DNA of 63,633 nt, filler included, from Reticulomyxa filosa (taxonomy: Eukaryota; Protista; Foraminifera): the NCBI GenBank assembly GCA_000512085.1. It is 18 parts of 18 records of this genome, joined end to end, with 100 filler letters (N's around TTAATTAATTAA, not from the genome) between each part and the next. Parts side by side here need not be neighbours in the genome. Positions count along the whole stretch, not along the records: positions 53,769 to 55,504 come from ASPP01023372.1; positions 55,605 to 59,696 come from ASPP01000638.1; positions 59,797 to 60,799 come from ASPP01040385.1; positions 60,900 to 62,421 come from ASPP01005502.1; positions 62,522 to 63,633 come from ASPP01001340.1; 13 more parts are not named here. One strand, 5' to 3'. Made by a program: the position numbers and the translations under genes. The notes beneath the pieces were generated by a model. The model saw only the letters and a list, made by a program, of their open reading frames with translations. It was not told the DNA's origin and made no database searches. Positions 53,669 through 63,633 of this stretch are shown here, piece after piece. Every line of letters starts with the position of its first letter. Position 1 is the stretch's first letter.

Positions 53669-55333
53669 NNNNNNNNNNNNNNNNNNNNNNNNNNNNNNNN
53701 NNNNNNNNNNNNTTAATTAATTAANNNNNNNNNNNNNNNNNNNNNNNNNNNNNNNNNNNNNNNNNNNNCAACATCATTTAGTTGATAGTTGTTCAGAATC
53801 TGTATTCGTTTAAGTGTTAATAGGTTCAGGAGTAAGCACAACATAACACATTTAAAAAACTTCGCTTACTATCAACAAGTAGACGAGCTGAATCATGTAC
53901 GTGTTGAAATTGCATTCGTTTTGTTTACCGGCTTAACAAACGAGACATATCAATATTTTTGCTTTTATCTCTGAAATTTTTAAAGTCGTGCAAAAGGCTT
54001 TACTCTCTAGTGCGAATACTTTTTGAAGGCTATCACTGTGGAACGAAAGAAAACTTGCCCAGTTGGTCCAAAAATGTTAGAATGTTTTCTCTGTTGAACG
54101 ACATTGGTCGCAACCAACATGACGCAAGCAGCGCCAGCTTGATGTAAGACTACACTCCGTTAAATAAACAGATGATAATCACCAATGGCTCAACGATTTT
54201 TGTATTTTTTGCCAACAGGTGTCTCTCTGAGGCAGCTGCACGAAAATGTGAGTGGTGGCTGCCTTTTGCTTATTGTACATTTATAGTGGCAGTGCTCTCT
54301 CTTTTCTTGGGTCTGGCAGAGTCGTAAGTAGGGGTACCTTTTCTCGGTGAAGGCACGTGCAAGTTGTGCAGTTCTGTGTGACTGCTTGGAGGATGCTTTT
54401 GGATGTGTATTGTATGATAAGCACCTCCCAGGAGATTATCTTTCTCATTTGGTGAAGGATCGCTAGGTTACATTTCTTTATCTTCGACCGAGAAAGGCTC
54501 GCCGGTCTTTTTCAACAAAGGGGAACCGCCACTAATGTGCAGGCCTTTGTTGTTTTTGAGGAAACGTGCAATTTTTTGCAATGCCATTTACAACAACCAC
54601 AAGTTTATGTGTGAATGGGGCTTACATAAAAAAATTTTAACTGGATAAATTATTTATTGAAAGAATCCTATCAAAGTTTTTAGACTGGTTAAATACAGTT
54701 TGAGTGGGAGAACTTATCATTTCTAACTATAAATAAATCTTTAATGCGACAACGTCTAGAAGATATCAAAGTGAGTTTAAAATTTACAAACGGAATGTTT
54801 AATGAGAAAAGAAAAATGTTTGAGCTTTTTTTTTTTGACCGAGGAGGATCCTCCGACGAAAAACTAGTGTCCCTTAAAGCGTTTTTTTTAGGACATATAA
54901 GATCGAATTTCAAGATAATCTTCTACAAAAACCACTTCTCACCGCAGCATCAGTAATGAAAGCAGGTTGAAAAATTGTTTCCGTTTTTTCGTTTGTGGCT
55001 AAAAAAAAAACAAAACAATTTGATTAAAATAAAAATGATAGTAATTGAAAAATCAATTATTTTGAAACGAACGTGTTTTAACACATTTGACGTACATATC
55101 ATTGGAATACAGAAAGAAATATCAACTCAATTTGTTCAGGTGACCATATTAACTTTTTTTTTGTTTGTTTTTCCCCCTTCTCCCCCCAATTGTCTTGGTC
55201 ATCTTTTTGAAAAACATAAATGTTGTTTATGTTTGACATAAAACCAAAGAGGGAACTTGTGTGTATTTGCACACACGACAACGCAAAACAGGAGGGGTTT
55301 GTATATAATGAAAGTGGAGACCTCTCGGGAGGA

Positions 55334-55504
55334 ATGCAGCATAACACAGAACCAAATAAGAATGCCAAAGAAATAAAGGCACTAATGACATTATTCGGTG
55401 ATGCAGTTGATGAAAGTGAATTGAAAAAGCGTCTCGAAGAGAATAATGGCAATGTGGTCCTGGTGATTGAACAACTGACCTCGAAATTGATGCACCGAGA
55501 GGTA
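55334..55504 (+). CDS. N-terminal exon with a UBA/CUE-like helix bundle (truncated)
   Basis: IKALMTLFGDAVDESELKKRLEENNGNVVLVIEQL, then a GT donor at the contig end. Confidence 0.45.
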
Positions 55505-55604
55505 NNNNNNNNNNNNNNNNNNNNNNNNNNNNNNNNNNNNNNNNNNNNTTAATTAATTAANNNNNNNNNNNNNNNNNNNNNNNNNNNNNNNNNNNNNNNN
55601 NNNN

Positions 55605-56345
55605 GTAAAGTGGGATTAAATGGATTCCTGTTCAAGATCAAAAGAGCTTATTCATCAGATTGCAAATGGTATAAAGATGAAGAAAATGTAGAACATTTCT
55701 TGATGGAATGTCCATATTATCAAGGACTTAGAGAAAGATGGCGAGACATGGAATCTGAGAAGTAACAAATGGGGACATTGACATGCAATCTATTAATCCT
55801 ATTGTATTGGGAAACACAGAAACATTGGACAAAGCAGTCGAATCTTGGACCAAATGAAAAAAAAAAGTCACCTTATCATTGGCAAACTCAAGCCAAAAGT
55901 AGTGGTACAAAGCCAGCGTCTCAGGGAAGATACGAATGTCCAAATACATCTCCCTTTTATTGTTGGTCTTTTCCCTTTGGTTGTTTAAGGATTTTGCGTG
56001 AAACATGCAATTTGTTTGTTGATTACTTTGTAAGTATTATATTCTTAATACTGTATTCATGTGAGTGAGGTGCTTGATTATGATATTAGTTCTTTTTTTT
56101 TAATTCAACAATACAACTTTCTCTCTAAAAAAAAAATGGACCAAATGTGTTGTTGAAGCTGGAGAGGCAACCTTTGGTTAAGGACAATATGTAAAGGCAA
56201 TAAACCTTGGAGTGACAGCTTATGTCGATTACGAACATCGATATTTACAAGTTATGTCGATGAAATGTGTGATCAATTGCGCTCAAACCTGAAGGAATGA
56301 ATGCGATCATGTAAAGTATCTTGGATTGCTTCTTGATTAACACAG
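55605..56345 (+). mobile_element. Non-LTR retrotransposon (LINE) ORF2 debris
   Basis: GLNGFLFKIKRAYSSDCKWYKDEENVEHFLMECPYYQGLRE is a degenerate C-terminal zinc knuckle. HVKYLGLLLD* at ~56308 is the RT KYLG motif. Confidence 0.7.
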
Positions 56346-59109
56346 CGAGGAAACTTGGATATTTGACATACTTATGTCCATACAAAGGTTGTATATCAGA
56401 TGTTCATGTCGATCAATGGTCATAATCTAGTATTGTCACACAAGATCTGGAACGAATTGAGGACAAAGACTCCTTTGAATCACATCTCATGTACTGGTAA
56501 ACTATCGACATTATCACGTGGCTGTATTCACGCGCTGAGGCTGGTGCCGACAGTCGAATCAGACTTACCCAAATATTCCACCAATGCAAATTGCATTAAC
56601 GCCACAATCGAATAAATCACCATTTGCAATCTTTAATGAGCCAACACCAGATCATGAATCACTATTTTACATAGCAATAATAAACATTGGATATTTGGAT
56701 AATCCAAGACATGTAATGTCATGATATTTTTTATCCAACCTGATGGGAGCACAGTCATTTGAGAAGATTGTTATTCATTTATTAACATTTAGTGAGCGCA
56801 AGATCATTTGGTTACCTGGCAAAATTGGATTGAATGATTATTTATATAATATCCAAAGATTAAAGTCTCCTGATTGTATTTGGTAGACTGTCCTTATGGA
56901 ATGTTTGCGGTACAATAAATTACGTCGCAATTAGTGGACAAATATCCAAGAATTACTTCCAGACATTAATATATTTTCTTTCCGACATTCGCCACACATT
57001 CTGTCCATTGTTTCACCGCAAGATCTAATGATTTTGGCATTGTATTTTGCCATTCTTGTAATTAATCTGCTAATACTCAAATATCCTCCTACACATACCA
57101 ATGTCTGTTCGTTCCATTGCTTGGATATTCCATTTGATAAATATGTATCTAAAAGAAAATATATATCCCTATTCATCATTGGCTACTAAAAGCCAACAGG
57201 GGTAACAACCTAGCGAAAAGGAATGGCAAGAATGCCAAAATACATCTCCTAATCGCGACCCTGTATCTCATTTAGATGGAGGAAAGCACTCGCGCCTTCG
57301 GTGGCCTTGTCATTTCGCTCGGAGCCGAAGGCTCAGCGCATGTTAATGAACAATTATTTTTTAATGGCTTGTTTGGGGAATGTATTTGGGCATTTAGCCC
57401 TTCCCTTTTGCGCTGGCTTACTCTTTTGGATTTATTGTAGAAATTCATAAACAACGTCTTCCATTATTGTCAGAACGTATTTGCTTTCAATTTTTTCACA
57501 AATCATTTTCTTTACAATCAATTTTATTGTTGATGTCTGTGATATCATTTACTAAAGAATTACTTGTCCGGCAAAAATAATCTTTGTTTATCTTCTTGTT
57601 TTCCTTCCAAATATTTTCATCATTAAGCTTTTCTTATTTTCTTAATTTTATTCTCTTTGTAATATTTTATTTCTTTGCTTTTTATTTGTTTTCTCATATT
57701 CATTTTTATCATCTTGTGACGTTGGACGCTTTAGCGTGCTGGGATCTTGTAGCTTGATTTCCATTTATGTTTTCTTTTATTTGCATTATCAATCATAATT
57801 GCTATTATTTAAATGACTTACTGTTTTTTGATCTTCTTTTATGACATGATTGTACAATACTGCTTTAATTTCTAGTACTTTTTAAAAATAAATTTCAAAT
57901 CTTGAAAGATGTCGAAGCATCTAGACTTTTTGAAGGAATTTAGTGTGAAAAAGACAACTTTTGCAACAAGTTGAAAATGATAATTAATCTAGATTTTTGT
58001 TGTTGTTGTTCTACTTCTTAGAACTATGTGCTCTTTTAACTTGAAAGAACTAAGTTTGTTCAAGTAGGAATGCAAAAAGTATTTCGAATTTATGATGAAG
58101 CAAGTGGTATTCCAACACATTTCACATGCCATCTCCGTCTAAAAAAAATCTCCAAGTTCTTGATAATATGTACATTCCATTAGGAAAATCTACATTGTCC
58201 TCCATATCACTTACAATCTGGTGATAACACTTGCAAAAAAACAAAATAAAACTTATAATTTTAAAACCACACATGTTGAATTAATTGAAATAAAGTAAAT
58301 AAGTAAAATTTTGTCTTAAAGAAATTTGTGAGTGCCACAATCTGTGTTAGTACATGATGTCATGCCTCTCTTCATCCTGCTGTGGCCAAACATTAGCCGA
58401 CTTCTGCCTTTCAAAAAAAAATTAAAATTAAAACAAAACATCAGCACTAACATGTGCAAAAGTTGGTTTGATTTTCTTTGCTTGCTTGGCATCACTTGGT
58501 GAGTTAATCATCAAGTCTAACTCAAAAATATTTTTTGCCTGGATTGCGTTTTCCTGTTCTTATTTTTTTCATGCTTGTGTCTTTAGCATAACCATGGAGA
58601 TGACTTGGGGGTTAATCTTAACGTTTTTGACAAATGATTCGAAGTTGATTGCTTTTTTAAAAATTAAATACTTTCGATAACATTTATAAAATGAATGTAA
58701 CTTTAAAATACCTTATTTCTTTATTCTAATTCTTAACAGAAGAAAAAGAAATTATAGTTTTGTGTGAAATCTGTTTTGGAACTTACAACTTGCCATTGTT
58801 TGTGTAAATTGCGACATCAACTTGTTAAAAAAAAACATCTTTCTTCCAATCATGTATAAATTAAATATCCAAGTTTAAGTTAGATAACAATATTTTTTAA
58901 ATTATTCCGTTGAAACTTTTTATCATAATAATCGTGATATATCATTTAAGCAAACAATGTATATTGATATTCTTTATGATGAATGCATTGTAAAGTGAGT
59001 AATTACTATAAAGTTACTTTTAACGTCTATTAAATTTCTCACCGTACGTAAACACAGCAAGAAGGCCCGAAAGGCAACAAAAAGTCCAAAAAAACTCTTT
59101 TCTCTTAAA

Positions 59110-59665
59110 ATGTCGAGACCTCAACATAGAAAAGTTCTGCTTTCTCTGCTACTCCTCTGATGAGAGAAGACTAACTTTTGTATTTACTTTGTGTTTGAAA
59201 AAGGATTTATTTGATGAAAGCTTGGACGTGAAGTACAAACAAACTCAAGCGAGTAGTAGTATTCCTCCACCAAAATTTTATCCTCCAGACATAGCAAAGA
59301 ATTGGAAAGAGAAAGCGAATGGTGCATTGAATACATTTCAAAGAGTAAAGACAGTAGCAGAGATGACAAGAGTTAAATTATTTAAAAATAATAATTAATT
59401 TTTTATTTTTTATTTTTTAAAAAAAAATAGATGATGAATCCAATAACAAGTGCATTAATGCCATTGATATCAGAGATAACAGATGCAAAAGAATTGATAA
59501 CATTACAAGATGAAATATTGGGATTAGTATATGATATAAGTTAAGTTTGAATATATATGTATATATATTTATTATGTGAAAAAAAATGAAATAAAATAAA
59601 TAAATAGCAATTGAATCACAAAAACAAATATTAAAAAATGGAAAGAATCGACAAAAAAAAACAAC

Positions 59666-59696
<31 letters not shown>
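59110..59696 (+). CDS. Hypothetical protein, 4 short exons, truncated at an (AAT)n tract
   Basis: MSRPQHRK|DLFDESLDVKY...AEMTR|MMNPITSALMPLISE... joined in phase by GT-AG introns. Confidence 0.45.
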
Positions 59697-59796
59697 NNNN
59701 NNNNNNNNNNNNNNNNNNNNNNNNNNNNNNNNNNNNNNNNTTAATTAATTAANNNNNNNNNNNNNNNNNNNNNNNNNNNNNNNNNNNNNNNNNNNN

Positions 59797-60470
59797 TTTG
59801 AAAACCACGCCATTTTTATCAATTCTTCTGCATTAGCACGATGTTGAGCTTCTTTCACGAAACAACGGTTTAAAAATCCTTCAAACAACTATTTCATTAT
59901 TGTTATTTTTTTTAAATCAATAAATTATAATTATATTTTAATGTTTAATTAATTTATATATCATACAAATCAATTTGCAATACAAATATACAGATTATAC
60001 AAATATGCAAATACATAAACATAAACATAACTTGAGAGATTTGAAGGGGATAAGGTGGATGTCTATCTTGGACAATTCGGAACAAAGCATTAAGTGACTG
60101 CACGCTGAAATAAGGAGGATGTCCTTTGAACACTTCGATTGCCGTTGCGCCAACTTCCCATATGTCGCATGCCGTGGTCAACTGTCCACTCATTTCAATG
60201 ATTTCAGTGGCCATTCAATATGAACTTCTTGCAACATCGTCTTTTTCAATGTCTATTGTTTTAAAAGTTGGATGTTTTTTTTAATCATTAAAAAAAACCT
60301 GTATTGTTCATCTCCTAACTGTTATTTTCTTCTGTGGAATCATTGTTACGCTTAATAGCAACGCCAAAATCTGTTAACTTAGCTTTGCCCTCTTTCATCA
60401 ATACATTAGCAGCTTTTATGTCTCGGTGAATGATACCTTCTTTGTGTAAAAACTGTAATCCTAATAATAT
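59797..60470 (-). pseudogene. STE-group (SepA/Cdc7/MAP3K-epsilon-like) protein kinase pseudogene
   Basis: [42 protein letters not shown] (consensus GSPYWMAPE), CDIWEVG, PPYF...ALFRIVQDRHPP. In-frame TGA and TAG. Confidence 0.85.
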
Positions 60471-60899
60471 CTACATTTTGTTGTTATTAAAGTTAAAAAC
60501 TTTGATTGCTCAATAAAAATAAAAATAAAAAAATAAAAAAAACAAACTCGATTTTTGAGTGTTTCCAAATCAGGAGCAATATCTTGGCAGTGCACCAAGT
60601 GTGATCCATTCAATTCGGTCAATGGTTCAATGTATATACTTTGCCAATTTTGCCACTTGTGATCTGGCTTTGTTTTTGAAATAAAATAGGTTTATTTATG
60701 TAATAAATAAAAAAATAAAAAAAATATTGATATTGGTACTCAACTCAATAAATTATTGTCTTAATTGGAGACTTTGCACATATTTATCCAATTGCTTTTN
60801 NNNNNNNNNNNNNNNNNNNNNNNNNNNNNNNNNNNNNNNNNNNTTAATTAATTAANNNNNNNNNNNNNNNNNNNNNNNNNNNNNNNNNNNNNNNNNNNN

Positions 60900-61347
60900 C
60901 ACTGCCCATCGCTAACTCGTCTCCACTTTCATTGTCCATCTCTTGATTTTTCACTTTTGCTGATTTGCTGGCTTTTGTATTCTTTTTCTTTTGCTGTTCC
61001 TTCACTTTGGGCTCGTCAAAAGTCAAAAATCTTTTTCTCCTTCATCTTTTGCTTCTCCTTCATCTTTTGCTTCTGCTGCTTCTTTTTTGTTCTCTTCGTC
61101 GGATGTATTCCAGTTCTCTGAAAAGGCCTCTTTTTTCCATTTCAAAAATTGCTCGTAGGTCATATTGTCGTCTACTTCGATAAAGTCTTGGATCTTTTCT
61201 TCAAGTTTTTTTTTTTGTTTTTGAAATTTCCTCACTTTTTGGCTTCTTTTGATTCTTTTTATCTACTGTCTGTTTCTCATTTTCAGTATGTATCACTACA
61301 TTCTCTTCTCCTCCTTCCAAATCAGAGTCTATTTCAGCAGCAGACAT
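60900..61347 (-). CDS. Highly charged (E/K-rich) protein N-terminus with homopolymer frameshifts
   Basis: MSAAEIDSDLEGGEEN...KLEEKIQDFIEVDDNMTYEQFLKWKK... spread across frames, with an 18-nt EAKDEG repeat. Confidence 0.5.
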
Positions 61348-61745
61348 TGTAAAAGTGCTTGCTTCGAAGATGGATTATATATATAAATTAGACAGTTAAA
61401 AATTTCAAAAGACCCCTTCTTCACACTTTCTATTTTTACATTACTCCATTCCTTATATTTAGGCCACCTATAGTATATAAGATTAAAAACTTGCTCAATT
61501 TTGAGAAAGACCTAAAAAATCTCTCTTTTTAATTGACCGAAGAGAACGGGATCTCGTCCCAAAGGGACACAACTCCTTCATTCGATTGTACTTTTAGTTA
61601 CAATCGTCATTCAAATATTAACTTATTTTTTGCAAAAATGATCAATTAAAGTTAATCTCGTGACAGAATAAAACTTGAAACAAAAAGAATTCGTGCAGGA
61701 GACAGGGCGAGTCCTTGAGAAAAAAAAAGACAGCAAAACGACGGA

Positions 61746-62342
61746 ATGTTTATTGATACCAGTATCCAAGCTGAAGCAGAAGAAGAAGAAACAAATCCAG
61801 CAACAAAAACGTTCGCAATAGGGGATGTGTGTGCCATTTATTCAAAAAGTAAACAAGCTTGGGCAGTGGGCAATATTGAACAAATATCGACGACCAAAAA
61901 CGGCACGTTTTACGAAGTTAAGACATCTCTAAAATTGTTAGAGTGACTGTGTAGACAAAACAACAACAAAATCAAAAAAAAAAAAAAAAGGTGAGTTACA
62001 CATTGAATGGTGAGTTTCTATCAAAAGAAGTGAGATCGGATGATCAAGCACTTCGTGCATACTCTCCAGAGGACACTAAAATTCAGAACCGTGTGTCGTG
62101 TCCTTGCGGACAAGAAATGACCCGTTTGGCGGCATCTCTATGTTACCAGCAATTGAAAGAGGATGAGCATGAGCTGAACGGATCGGTGAAGCAAAAGAAC
62201 CCGAGCCAGTTGACTACTACAGAAGAGGTAATATGTGATCATTGCGGACAAAAAGTTCAAGGATCCCAACCGGTGTATCATTGTCCCAAAAAAAAGACAG
62301 CAATTCATCAATTCGGATATCACGTGTGCACATACTGCGCAG
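61746..62342 (+). CDS. Tudor/Agenet-like domain plus Cys/His zinc-finger protein (truncated)
   Basis: FAIGDVCAIYSKSKQAWAVGNIEQI...YE|VSY, then CPCG...CY...CDHC...YHCP...H...VCTYC. Confidence 0.55.
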
Positions 62343-62619
62343 TTTTACATTTTTTTTTTTTTTTCAATTTTAACTCGAGAGAGAGAGAGAGAGGAGAGAT
62401 TTGGAGCTTGAAGTTTGGAGCNNNNNNNNNNNNNNNNNNNNNNNNNNNNNNNNNNNNNNNNNNNNTTAATTAATTAANNNNNNNNNNNNNNNNNNNNNNN
62501 NNNNNNNNNNNNNNNNNNNNNAGTTTGTTTCAGTTTCATTGACAAAAATTCTAATGTGTCAGATCTCTTGCTTTGATAGCTGTTTGATTATTATCTGAGA
62601 TGTGAAATCCGGTGAAAGT

Positions 62620-62870
62620 TGAATATATCCATTGGACATTTAGATTCAGTAAAAGATGACGATTTTCCAGCTGGTAAGACTATTGTGTCATGTCCAAAAG
62701 ATAAAAAATACAAGTATGTGACACAAAATCGGCAATGTTTAAAAAAATGTTATGCATTCTGCCGCTGTTATTGATGTCAAATATTTATGAGATGATCAAA
62801 ATATTGTATCATGTTCAAATCATAATATCATTCGATTGTGGGACTGGAAATCAGGGCAACATCAGACAAT
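62620..62870 (+). pseudogene. WD40 gene remnant
   Basis: GHLDSV..FPAGKTIVSC.KDK and DDQNIVSCSNHNIIRLWDWKSG fragments. Confidence 0.65.
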
Positions 62871-63051
62871 TGGGATATTTTTCAACATGACAAGAAAAAG
62901 TAGTATTTGCTGTACAATTTTTCTTAACGCTAATTTAGCAAAATTCAAGATTAGCAGAGATTTTCTAGTATAAAAAGATAATGCTTTACACGTTCCTTTT
63001 AAAGTTTAGAGAAATGTTGAAGTGAGCTTTTTGCTTGAAAAAACAAACGAA

Positions 63052-63588
63052 ATGATTGAACATTTAACAAAAATAGGAGAGCAATATGCCTGCTCGTCAC
63101 TTCAAGGGAAACTTTTATCATTGTATTTGGAATATTTTCGTTTTTTCTTATGTTGAGCACGCTTCCCATATGTGGTTTACTATTGTACCATTTTCTATTG
63201 AAAAAAGTAGTCCCACTGTTTAAATGCATACCGAAAAACAACTGTTGTGGCGGTATCGAAAGAAGCAATGAGGATCGGGACAAGATGAGTCAATTTTTTG
63301 CAGTATGTGCGGTCGGTTCAACCATATTTTACATCGGTGCATCGGTATTGAATCCTTTGGCATTTTTTTCTTGTTTAATACAAAGGAACTTTAATGTGAT
63401 CACATTACCTGACTGGTCATTATACGTCTTGGCTACGGCGGGTGTCTACCTTTTGTTTGTGGGAAGGCTGTACTTTACCTTTCAAAGCACCGCCTTTCAA
63501 ATGTCAAAAATAAAGATCGCCATGTTAATGATACCTTGGATAATCGAAGGAGCATTGACCCCACTCGCAGCATGGTTCGAGTTACAAG
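63052..63588 (+). CDS. Multipass (7TM-like) membrane protein, 5' part
   Basis: Open frame with about 4 hydrophobic helices (FIIVFGIFSFFLMLSTLPICGLLL; FAVCAVGSTIFYIGASVL; LYVLATAGVYLLFVGRLYFTF; IAMLMIPWII). It is missing from the ORF track because no stop occurs before the window end. The start needs a 1-nt shift. Confidence 0.6.
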
Positions 63589-63633
63589 GTAATGCACGTA
63601 TATACATGTTCGACATGTACGTGCATAAACACA

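Noticed and set aside
53769-54590. GC-richer minus-strand stretch beginning MALQKIARFLKNNK
   Set aside because: Interrupted by stops and not assignable to any family without a database search.
60205-60230. TGA at a conserved Trp in the kinase, suggesting an alternative genetic code
   Set aside because: Neighbouring invariant residues are also mutated (GSPYWMAPE to RSSY*MATE) and there is a second stop. Intact genes use TGG for Trp, and TGA, TAG and TAA all terminate genes here.
9566-62521. Regularly recurring TTAATTAATTAA flanked by Ns, resembling a repeat array or excision signal
   Set aside because: Identical 100-nt artificial linker used to join contigs; not biological.

Overview
This is AT-rich, intron-rich eukaryotic (protist) genomic DNA, not a prokaryotic chromosome. 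It is an artificial concatenation of 18 short contig pieces joined by 17 identical 100-nt spacers (N44-TTAATTAATTAA-N44), so adjacency across spacers has no meaning. An EFL-type elongation factor remnant and expanded WD40/TPR/multipass families suggest a foraminiferan/rhizarian such as Reticulomyxa (inference). Recognisable spliced genes: OGFOD1/TPA1 prolyl hydroxylase, AIP1/WDR1, a pepsin/cathepsin D-like protease, ORC4, a C-terminally shortened Skp1, coactosin, mitochondrial uL11m, a Rab8-like GTPase, an F-box protein, an Hsp70 5' fragment, ATG18/WIPI, an ankyrin protein, a PELP1/RIX1-like protein, and WD40 and TPR proteins. There are also many pseudogenes, LINE debris and a dimeric ~343-bp satellite. 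The most notable items are: (1) an Rpn13 Pru-domain protein that carries two CUE-like domains in place of the usual DEUBAD; (2) a stand-alone KA1-like domain protein; (3) an actin/EFL mosaic pseudogene; (4) a higher-order satellite that recurs next to a WD40 gene; (5) a ~116-bp palindrome and a GC-rich hairpin cluster. Many conserved genes carry single-base homopolymer frameshifts in both directions, most likely sequencing error.
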